64,000 bases of DNA from Octopus vulgaris (taxonomy: Eukaryota): assembly GCA_951406725.2 (NCBI GenBank), contig OX597816.1:94364001-94428000 (forward strand). The letters are read 5' to 3'. A program made the position numbers and the translations under genes. The notes beneath the pieces were generated by a model. The model saw only the letters and a list, made by a program, of their open reading frames with translations. It made no database searches and was not told the origin of the DNA. How positions within the stretch are numbered: position 1 is the first letter of the stretch; every line of letters starts with the position of its first letter. This document shows, piece by piece, positions 40,195-51,169 of this stretch.

Positions 40195-40734
40195 TGTGTG
40201 TATGTGTGTGTGTATGTATGTATGTATGTATGTATGTATGTATGTATGTATGAGTGTATGTTTACTTTATTACTAACACATTTTCCAAGAACATTTTCAC
40301 TCACTCTTAGCTCTTAGCTTCCCATACATTTTACTCATGTATCTATCAGCGTCATAGACAGAATACTTTCAGTTTAGTCTTCCTCAAATCACTCTGTCGC
40401 TATTTACTTTCATTTTATTCGTTGCCCACTGTGTGTGTGCGTTTGCGTGTGGTGTAAACCAGACTAAGAAAAGCATTTGACACACACACCAGAATGTGAG
40501 TTTTTTGTAAATTTTGCTTAATTGGAGTTTAAATTTTAAAAACTGGACCTGGCATGACGCGATGCATTGTACTCTCAAAAATGCTAGGTAAATTGTAATT
40601 GAAGAAATCCTATATTGTAGATTTCTATAACTCCCAAAGGGAGGCAGATAAAATCTGCCTTTTATAATAAGAGCACATTTATATTCTGTTATTCTTTTAT
40701 ATGTTTCAGCCTTGAGGTTGTGGCCATGCTGGAT

Positions 40735-40765
<31 letters not shown>

Positions 40766-40990
40766 CTATCTGTCTGTCTGTCTGTATGTATATATGTATA
40801 TGTATGTGTGTGAACAATTATATTTTCAACAGATGTGTTGCAAATGTATCTGATTTGTTCTCAAGCTTCTATTCTGTGTGTGTGTATGTGTGTGTGTGTA
40901 TGTATGTATGTATATGTATGTATGTATGTATATGTATGTATGTATGTATGTGTGTATGTATGTATGTGTGTGTGTATGTATGTGTGTGTA

Positions 40991-41021
<31 letters not shown>

Positions 41022-41488
41022 ATGTATGTATGTATGTATGTATGTATGTATGTATGTATGTATGAGTGTATGTTTACTTTATTACTAATTACTCTCTTCC
41101 AAGAACATTTTCACTCACTCTTAGCTCTTAGCTTCCCATACATTTTACTCATGTATCTATCAGCGTCATAGCCAGAATACTTTCACTTTAGTCTTCCTCA
41201 AATCACTCTGTCGCTATTTACTTTCATTTTATTCGTTGCCCACTGTGTGTGTGCGTTTGCGTGTGGTGTAAACCAGACTAAGAAAAGCATTTGACACACA
41301 CACCAGAAAGTGAGTTTTCTGTAAATTTTGCTTAATTGGAGTTTAAATTTTAAAAACTGGACCTGGCATGACGCGATGCATTGTACTCTCAAAAATGCTA
41401 GGTAAATTGTAATTGAAGAAATGCTATATTGTAGATTTGTATAACTCCCAAAGGGAGGCAGATAAAATCTGCCTTTTATAATAAGAGA
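39899..41488. repeat. About 0.8-kb tandem duplication (microsatellites plus Helitron family B 5' end)
   Basis: 39899-40672 repeated at 40674-41488. Confidence 0.9.
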
Positions 41489-41498
41489 TATATGTGTG

Positions 41499-41530
<32 letters not shown>

Positions 41531-41929
41531 TGTATGTATGTATGTATGTATTTATGTATGTATGTATAAACTCTTTTGCTCGTTTCAACTATGTGGCTGC
41601 TGATTTCCTCAGTCTGAGGGTGTGTCACATCACTACTCCTGTATGTGCCTTTCCCCAGCTTTTGGCCCATTTGGTGTATAAGGGAATTTCATTCCGCTAC
41701 CCTCATAGTATTCTGCACTTCATGTTGGGCTGTTGGTTCATTCAGTATTGTGGAGAGGAAGATGTCTAGCTTCTTTTTGAAGACATCTACTTGCACCTTC
41801 TGAAGATTTCTTAATCTTTGTGACAATAAGCCCTCAGCTATCGCGGGTGTTACGTTCCAAAAACGTAGGTGAAAATCCGCGAAGTAGAAACAGTACTGTA
41901 CTCTAATTTTTTTTATTTTATAATTTGTA

Positions 41930-43482
41930 GATTACTTAGATTACTTTGATAAGTTTCGGCCGAAGTTGGCCCAAGCCATGTGTAATTTGATAGCACCACC
42001 TGGAAGAGATATACAGTCGGCTCTTGGGTACCATAGCCCATTTGAGCAGATAGTTATTGTTTTCAGAGACATATTTGGGAGTAAGTGGTTTGTCTGGTAT
42101 TTGTTGGAGGTAATCATCTAGGGACCGTTTGAATGCCGTGAAATCACTTTCCTCTTTTATGTGGGCTGGCACGATGTTGAAGAGAGCAGGGCCAGTTGAG
42201 TGAAATATTTCTGTCGTTGTTTTGTGAACATGATTTCCGTAGTTGACAGATAACACGGGGCCAAGCCTCGGGTGAATTTTAAAGATGATACCTTTATCAT
42301 TTGGGCAATGTTGATGGAATATTTTCAGCATCATGCAGATGACATAGTGCTCACAGCAGAGTTGGAGGGAGTAAAGCCTGAACTTTTTGAGTCGATCCCA
42401 ATAGTCAAGGCTTGTTATGTCATCTACTTTTTTTGTGATTGATCCCTGGGGAGCTTTTCACAATATTCATATCGTGTGTGGGGACCACAGCAGACAACAG
42501 TATTCAAGGTGAGGGCAAGCAAAATTAGAGAAAAGTAGGATAATGGTACGGGCGTCTCTAGACCGGAAGGTCCTGAGGATCTAAGAGCACGCCCTGCGAG
42601 CCATGTCAACTTTGCTATTTATGTGAGCACTCCAGCTTATTTTGTGGTCAACAGTAACACCCAGGTTTCTAGCAGTGCTGGATGCCACGCGGATTTCACC
42701 TGAGGGAAGAGTGTATGGTTGTTGGAATGCAGTCTCTTTACAGAAGTGGATTAGGTTGAATTTTTCCTTGTTTAGCTGCATATTATGTTTCTCTGCCCAT
42801 TGGATAACAGCTAACAGATCAGATGAAGATTTGTGAGGTCTTTAACCCTGTCAACAACCTTCAGTAACAACCTTCATCCACAAAAATATGCATGTTAATG
42901 TGTTTGATGACGTCAGTGATGTCGTTAATATAAATTATGAAAAGGAGCGGGCTCAATACAGTGCCTTGTGGGACTCCACTTATAACCCTGGCTGAGGTTG
43001 ATCGGACACCACCAAGCACCACATGTTGAGTTCTGTTCACCAGAAAACATTTAATCCAAGTTAACAGTTTCCCTTGGACTCCAATATTGGGCAGTTTCTT
43101 TAACAGGATGCAGTGATCAACCTTGTCAAAAGGCTTTGCTGAAGTCAAGGTATATGATATCTGCATTGGAAACCTCTCCCATGGCCTTTAAGATGTCATT
43201 AAAATGATGCAAGAGCTGTATTAAGCAGTCCCTTCCATTGTGGAAGCCATGTTTGTTGGGAATAACCAGGCTGTTAGATTCCAAGAAGTGGAAGATCTCA
43301 CTCTCTCAAATAATTTGATGATATGAGAGGTAAATGAGATCGGTCGGTAGTTCACGGCGAGTGACTTTTTGCCTTTCTTGAAAACTGGGGTAATTGCTTG
43401 GGAAAGGTAATTTTTAGAGATATAGCCCACATCCATTGATTTTCGACAGAGAGTAGCTAAGGGGAGAGCTAACTGGTCTAAA
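41930..43482 (-). mobile_element. CR1/L2-group LINE, 5'-truncated, nested in a Tigger-like MITE (about 41824-43554)
   Basis: NYRPISFTSHIIKLFER, FDKVDH and SGVPQGTVLSPLLFIIYINDI motifs; flanking CAGTAATCCCTCG-like TIRs. Confidence 0.85.
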
Positions 43483-43549
43483 TACAAAACAGCACCATGG
43501 AGGAATCGACGTAAGCTTAAATAATAAACTGCGATATAGCGAGGGATTA

Positions 43550-43584
<35 letters not shown>

Positions 43585-44437
43585 CTGCAACTTTACTCCC
43601 TGGTGCGATTGCACGGTAGATATGTAAAAGTCTACATATGGAAAACTCTAGAAGGGATAGTACCTAATTTTGGCATTGAATGTTATATAAAAGCCAGAAC
43701 TGGCCACCATTGTATTGTATCAATATTTATGCTTATACATATTTACATATATTTATATATGTAGAATGGATTGATTACAAGAAAACTTTTAATATGGTTT
43801 CCCTTTCGTAGATTCTGAAAGCATTAATCACGAGTAAGGTAGCATCAATTACAAGCAGGTACAGCAAACATACCATAATTAAATGGGAGACTGTTATGAG
43901 GATCCAAACAAAAGAAGGAACTGTGGAAATTAAGACAAATCCAAATCGAAGCAGAAATATTCCAAAGTCATCGCCACTCCACTCCAATTATTTCTGTAGT
44001 TGACACTATTAACCGACTAACATTCAAAACTCGATACTGAGTACGAATGACAATCAACTATCTGATTTACATTGCAAATGACGAACAACTAGAACCTATT
44101 AGATGCAGTGCACGGACTCAGTCTGGCATGTTTAGCCAAGACCACACTGAAGAAAGGAAAATTAATATAAAGCAAAAATATCAGAGATTAGAAAACTAAA
44201 TATTTGGAATGAACACACACAAAGGTAATAAGAATTTAGTAAAGAATAATACTTAATAATATTAATATTATATAGAGTTAAATGCAAAATATTATGTAAT
44301 AAGCATCAATATTAAACGCGCCCCAGAAATAAGTTATAGAAAAATTCAAACAGAAGCTCAGTGAATTAGTCAGAGTAAATAGGGAAAGAAGGATAAACAT
44401 TAACTTTACGTAATGTTGGACAAGTTAACAAGCATTA

Positions 44438-44985
44438 TACATGGTGTCCCTCTCTTTCAGGTATCTACACATGGAAAAATCCGGGTTAGTCAAGTTTGTG
44501 GAACATAAAAGCCAGTTGTCATTGCAGTAGCGGGAGATTATTCTCTCCCCAAAGCACTGCTGTAGCAACTGCGTTGTTTCTCTTGCAGTATGAGCAGTTG
44601 CTCCATCTTGCTGGAACCATGTGTGGCCGGATGCAAAAAGGTTTCAATCATGGATACCTGAACAAGAGGGTTTACGTCAACAAACCAGAGACCCTGGTGC
44701 AACTGAAGGAGAACATCAATAGAGAAATCAGAGAAGTTGGGTCTGAAACTCTTGAGGGTGTTGTGGTGCAAGTTTTGGGAAGAGCACGAGCGTGAGAAGC
44801 CGAAAGTGGCTGCCATTTAAGCGATGCCATTTTCCATATGTGATGTAGTAGTGTTGCAAAATTTGACTTGTGCATATTAATTTCCATTATGTCCTTTATA
44901 TTGCATTAAGATTTCATGCATTTATTAGTAAAGTTAAGAAAGTTATTAAAAATTAAAACCATCAGTGACTTTTGGGACACCCTGT
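44438..44985 (+). mobile_element. Deleted Tc1/mariner-superfamily element
   Basis: TIRs TACATGGTGTCCC / GGGACACCCTGT; GYLNKRVYVNKPETLVQLKENI transposase C-terminus. Confidence 0.75.
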
Positions 44986-46264
44986 GGTTCCGAGGAACAC
45001 ATAATGCGAGAAGTATTCAGCTGTTAGAAAACGTTTAGAATGTATTTACTATGTGATTATACATACCTCATAATGAACAACAAGGAAACAATGCAAATAG
45101 CATAAAATATGGAGAAAATTTTTTTTTAATCTATCATTTTCAGAGAGATTATTAAATAAATTGAAGTAAGCTTTTGAAAAGAATTGAGAAACTACAACAG
45201 CAATTATGAAAATTTCGAAATGGTTCTTCAAAATGGTAATATACAAACAAAAATATGGAGTAACCACTGGTTCTCCGTTAGGATCTACATTATTTCTAAT
45301 TATAATAGAGAACAAAGCAGTACCAGGCACAAACATATACTATGCATTTGGTACTAGAAAATTAAGGACAAATGACCCAAGGTGGTCATTACTCAACAAA
45401 ACTAAACAATGCAGAAATAGATAAATAATAATTTCAAATCTCGGTACAGAGCCAGCAGCATTTAGGAGAGGAACAAGTCGTTTACATCGATTCCAGTATT
45501 TAATTGGTACATATTTTATTGACTCCAAAAGTATGAATGGCTAGGTCAGCATCGGCAGAATTTAAACTCAGAACATTAAAAATGCACGAAACGCCGCTAA
45601 CGATTCTGTAATTAAAGTCTTCACCACAAAACTATGGAAAATAAATGAAGGATGGGTAAAAAGAAAATTGCTGTTTCTGGCATCTCCATCATGATGGTGT
45701 AAATAAACAAACATTACAGATATGATCGGGGTGAGGATTATATACTAGGACCTATACCAAATCTATAGGTTTATCCGCTGAAAATGAAATGGTAAAACAT
45801 ACTCAATGAAATCAATAAAAGAGAATTACGAATTGAACATACTCTAGAAATTATTTACCCAGACAATAAGATGATGAAAATAAATAGTATTCCCAAATAC
45901 CACCAGAGAAAGCATGTTTCATAAAAGACGTGCCAATATATCTCTGAGAGAAATTTGAGAATTTAAACAACTATAAAAACCTGGAAAGAAAGATGTCTAA
46001 AATCTGGGTTTCAAACTGTAAGATCCTGAAAAATAGGGGCCTTGTAGCCAAAACCCCCAAACCTACAAATATAGAATGTTTAGAAAGTAGCACTACTTAG
46101 GTACTTCGTAAAATATTACGTAAGATGTTCACAATGCAATAAAACAGGCATGAAAAATAGTTAAATTCTAAACAGATTGGATTGTCGTCGTTTGTACAAA
46201 ATGAAAGCATTGATACGTATTTATAACAAAAATATTAATGCTGTATCAATGATGATATACTTAC

Positions 46265-46339
46265 TGCGACTCCAAAAATGCATAGACATATCTCTAAAAA
46301 CAGTATGAGATCCATCATCATTGTCGATGCGGATACCAT
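46265..46339 (-). CDS. Astacin gene A, first coding exon (signal peptide MVSASTMMMDLILFLEICLCIFGVA)
   Basis: ATG at 46339, 25 mostly hydrophobic codons, GTAAGT donor in phase 0 matching the phase-0 acceptor of exon 30677-30728. Confidence 0.75.
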
Positions 46340-47421
46340 TATCTTGGAGATACTTCAATTGTCTGAGGAACCGTTGGTTTGTCACTGAAAGACCAGTTTA
46401 GTTACTTCTCTGTCTCTTTCTATGGATGAAATGCTGTTGTAATAAAGATAGTTTGATGTATGTATATCTGCAAGCTTGCCAATATAAGTTTATACGTACT
46501 CTCCCGTGACTGTTTGTGTGTTGATGTATCCGTGTATTTTTATAGATGTTTGGCTTTTGAAATATTAAAAAAGAAAAGAAATAAAAAATTGGGAGGCCAG
46601 AAGAGAGACATAGAAAGAAAGAGGAGGTGAATTAGAGAGTGGGGAGTGGAAAACAGAGAAATATGCTCAGAAATGTACATTGGATGTTAAATTGGATGGA
46701 GAAAATTGTTCTTGAAGTCCGCCCCAAATTATAATTTTAGTCCCATTGGCGACAAAATATTTGTGGGGAATGGAAGAAGCTTGCTTGTCTACATTATCTA
46801 AATCATTATTTCTTTGAGGTTTAAGCACAATTATAAAATTCAAATGTTCTAGTTTAGAACCGGTAATCTATGGCGACATTTGCGCCATTTTTCTTTAATT
46901 ATTTTTGTACTGCAAACATATCATCTTGCAAATGTTGATCGTGTGAATGAGGGCTTGAAATGATAGAGGAGTCGCTTGACAGTGATTATGATACAATAAT
47001 AAATATTTACTGTTGTTGATTATTGCCGCTACTTCTCTGAATTGAGAGGTCACAAATCCGGAACTACAGATATGCAATTAGAATGTCGCAGGAAATAAGT
47101 GCAACACAGATTCTTCAAGCCACGCCAACTGGTCAGAGACCTAGGAGTATCCCCAAAATGGGATGGTTGGATAACATCCATTGTCTCAGTTGGTTACACT
47201 TGGAGATCCAGCTGAAAAATGTACTGAAGGTTGCTTCTGAGAAAGGGTTTAGATAATAAGAAAAAACAATAAAAAAAGTAATTAAATCAATTCGAAAGGA
47301 AAACATTACGAGGAAACCTTTTCATAGCAATATTCTGCCAGACTTGTGATCTCTTGAGCACCACCAGCAAAAAAAAATTTTTTTCCTCTGTCTTCCCTTC
47401 TTGGGATCTTTCCTTCTCCTT

Positions 47422-47456
47422 GTTTCCGACGAAGAGCTCCGCTCGAAACGTTAAAC
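47422..47456 (+). ncRNA. Minimal hammerhead motif, U4C core variant, in a Penelope-like terminal fragment (about 47288-47562)
   Basis: GTTT-CCGACGA-A-GAGC-tcc-GCTC-GAAA-CG-TT-AAAC. Confidence 0.5.
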
Positions 47457-47558
47457 CCTCCTTCCCTTCTTTCCTGACCGTCAATAATACTTTAATTGTT
47501 CCACGTCCTCGCGTTGCTGTGTTTTTTTTTCTTTTTTTCTGTGTTTTCTTGTTTGGAT

Positions 47559-47627
<69 letters not shown>

Positions 47628-48287
47628 TTTTCAAATTTCTCGATTAGTCACAACAATGTAATCTTCTCAATCACAAGTACTCTACTTTAATCAAATATGC
47701 TCAGAAATTTTGGGTTATCTAACTTCAAACTTTCTTGCACTTGCTCAGTTGGACATTTCTCTTCTTTACTCGCTGCCGATGCAACCCTCCACCACCATTC
47801 ACTATATACTCTCGCACAGTGAACTACACGTGGTCTCGTCCATCTCTCTCTCTCTCTCTCTCTCTCTGTCCTTTTTGTTCCTTCTTTTCAATACATGTGT
47901 CTGCGAACCTAATTTACTCAGATGCGTGACAATCGCCCCTTCACCATCATCATATTTGAAGTCGTGAAATCGGATCACAAATGTCGGTCCATCGGCAACT
48001 AAACCGACAACCCGACAAAACACTCTTTATGAGTGTAATGCCAAATAAAAATACTCACATCTGCGCTCGTAAGATCCGAACCTCGGGTGAAGGTCTCCCG
48101 TAAGGCAAGTGTCCCACTGCATAGCAGGGTATACCTGGTCGTTATTGGAATACTGCTATAAAGACTAGAATAAAACGGACTTCAAATGACGATAGAACTC
48201 TAATAGAATGTTATTACAGAAGTGAGCCCACAAAAATAGGATACCGGAGAAGAATGCATAACATTTGGACAAATTATTCGTGAAATG

Positions 48288-49174
48288 GTATATATATATG
48301 TATGTATGCATGTATTTTATTTATCAAATTATTGTATAACTGAGCGCCCTCGCGTCGTTTCGTTTCCTCCAAGTAAGTTTTTATATATAATTATGATGCG
48401 AAACTCTATAACCCTCTGCTTGACCTTCCCTTCCTTCCTTGTCTTCCTCTTTGCCTGTCTCTCTTTTTCACCCTTTCTGGTTTCCTTTCCTCTCTATCTC
48501 TCTCTCTCTCTCACTCCTCCTCATCTCTCTCACAGCCGGGCGACCACTTCCTTTCGCTTGCGGCCTCCTACAAGTGAACACGCTTTTTTCCTGCGCTCTT
48601 AAAAATCTTTTCTCGTCTAGGCCAAAAAAGGCCCTCATTGTTTGTTTTCTTGTTTGTTTTTATTTCTTGTACTGTATTTTTTTGTAATTGTATTTTTATT
48701 TTGTATTTTATTTTGTATTTTATTTTGTGATTTTATTTGTATCGTTTTTACGTCCTGTTTTTGTCACATTTTTTTCTTTCCTTGTTTTTACCCCTCTGCA
48801 AAGGAATTTTATTTAATTCTTTCGCAGGAAGGGCTAGTTCGACGAGTCGTGTTCTGTCCTCCCCTTCGAAACACGCATGGAGTCGAACTAGGGACAGCTG
48901 ATGAAGGGGAATTTTCCTTGTGTTGTTTGTCTTGTACTCTGTTTTTTCGTTGTTAAAAAAGGTCCGTTTCCATGTTTGTTTTTACGTTTTCGTTTCTCGT
49001 TGAGTTCTACGTCTATTTGTGGTGTCCTGTACTCACGTATATATATTTATATATGCATGTATATATACATGTAGATGTAGGTACGTACATATATGTATGT
49101 ATGTATGCATATATTTTAATTATTAAATCATTGTATGACTGAGCGCCCTCGCGTCGTTTCGTTTCCTCCAAGTA

Positions 49175-49190
<16 letters not shown>
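48288..49190 (+). mobile_element. Non-coding element of about 800-nt period with about 100-bp terminal direct repeats, carrying the permuted hammerhead
   Basis: GAGCGCCCTCGCGTCGTTTCGTTTCCTCCAAGTAAG at 48342 and 49141; flanked by (TA)n. Confidence 0.75.
48834..48910 (+). ncRNA. Candidate strand-permuted hammerhead ribozyme with kink-turn
   Basis: CTGATGA, GAAA and GTT cores, each flanked by complementary stems I, II and III, plus a 10-bp helix with a K-turn signature. Confidence 0.6.
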
Positions 49191-49212
<22 letters not shown>

Positions 49213-50232
49213 GGTTGGAATTGGGAGAGATCTCCATAATAATGAAAGAGCGTGAGTGTGTCTACACTGAATACGAAGAACAAGAGGCAGAACATGAACA
49301 GGAAATAGCTTAGGGACTAATAAACCTCTACAAATGAAACAGCTGCCGGATGAAAGACTATTACAGAAGAAGAAAGAAGCTTACTAATACACCTGAATGA
49401 AGCAGGGAATATTGAAAGAAAGAGGCTACCGGCTCTGAGAAGGATTGGGAGAGGAAAATTATATAGAGTAGTGAAAAGATTAAAAAACAGCTAACAAAAA
49501 TCTACACCGAAAACATAACTGATGTAAACGATCTTAGATACCGCAGAGCCTCTGTCATTGTGTAAACTTTGGGGATTAAAAGATAAAGAAAAACAAAAGA
49601 CAGGGCCCCGTGGAACGAAGACTTGAGAATCAAATTGAACTGCTCCAGAGAGACCTTGGATAGATACATATAATCATACAAAAGAAGAGGGTGAGGGAAA
49701 GATAAAGGAACGAGCTGCAAGGGTTATATAACATAAAACACAAAGGACTACAAGTATTAAAAAAAAATTAGTATAAAGAATCAAAGCAGTGTCTAGTAAG
49801 AAAAAAAGAACCCAGACTAACAGAGAACAAATCAGTACCAACAGAATAGATTTTTTAAGAACAACAAAAGAAAATTCTATAAACAACTGAACAATGAAGA
49901 GGAGCTTGGGGAGGAATATGTCAGATGCTGAAGCAGAAAGAAAATCTACACAGAAAACTATAGCAAAGAAATTTAACATGATATAAAAGAAGACTGGTTG
50001 CGGGAATTTAAAACTGAAATGGAAGCTAGAAAGACACAAGAAAATATAACAATCACGGATAAGAGAGTGAAAGAGATCAAGAAAATGCCAAACTAGAAAG
50101 CACCCGAACCAAATGGTGTTCAGGGTTTCTGACTCGAGGCCTTCCCAACTATACAGAGTTGTGTACGACCAATTTTTACTGACTGCATAGAAAATGGAAC
50201 ACCCACATGGATGACAAAAAGAAGGACAATAC

Positions 50233-51169
50233 TGTTACGAACCTGCCGTCGCTCAACTCGAACTTGGGACCCTAAGTCGAGCGACGACGACGACCACGCT
50301 CAGTCAAACGGAAATCCACCACAGAAAGCGGTAGAATTGGCAACGAACACAGACCGGTGACCGGAGATAACAACAACAACAACAGGAAGAGAGAGATAGA
50401 GGAAGGCAGTTGCTTACATTTACAACAGTTTATACAATTGTTACAACATCAATCAAAACGTAATACATTGCAGATACATTAAAGAAAAACATTTAACAAA
50501 TCGTACAGAGTTAAAAAGAAAAACAACAATCAATGCATGCACAATACACGACATCCGAAAACAATCCACATTAAATGTTCAACGCAATACAGAGTTCGAA
50601 AACAGTCCAAATTAAAGTCTTTCTCTTCTCTTCAACAATTCTTTTTACATTTCAATAGATTACAGTTTATGTCACAATGTTCTTTTCCCTTCTTTTTCCT
50701 TCTCTTTTTACAGTTCTTTTTGACACAATATTCTTTTTCCTTTTTTTAACACAGTTCACAAGTTCTTTTCTCTCTTCTTTTAACGCACATCACCATCCAA
50801 AATTCAACAACAAAAACATAAACAAACATTACCGCACGTTCCGAGTCTGCAACAATTTCAGCTCCTACTTCAACAATCTAGCCTTCTCGCCGTAATCTCC
50901 CTCACTTCCTCCCGCTTGACAAGTCCTCAATCCTACCTGCCTGTCCCTCTCGCCTCCTGCCAACTGTCATCTCTGCATTTTAAAGGGTGGTAGATTTATT
51001 TTTTTCTTAAACTTTGCTTGACCGAATAAGGGTCAGAGGTACTTTCTATCCTCATTAATTTCCCTTACCGGTGACAAGACAAAGCCCCATAACTTGTTCT
51101 GCCAGTCCATCTGGCACCAGCCAGCAGAAACTGGGTCATAACACTTTTTCTTCAACTGACCTCGTATCA
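50233..51169. mobile_element. Solo LTR, 937 bp
   Basis: TGTTACGA...TCGTATCA termini, 4-bp TSD ATAC at 50229-50232 and 51170-51173; removing it restores the LINE frame RRTILIKND. Confidence 0.85.

Noticed and set aside
39834-41769. Many ORFs rich in C/V/Y/M or H/T/I
   Set aside because: Translations of (TG)n and (TATG)n microsatellites; the same applies at 9511-9948 and 12186-12868
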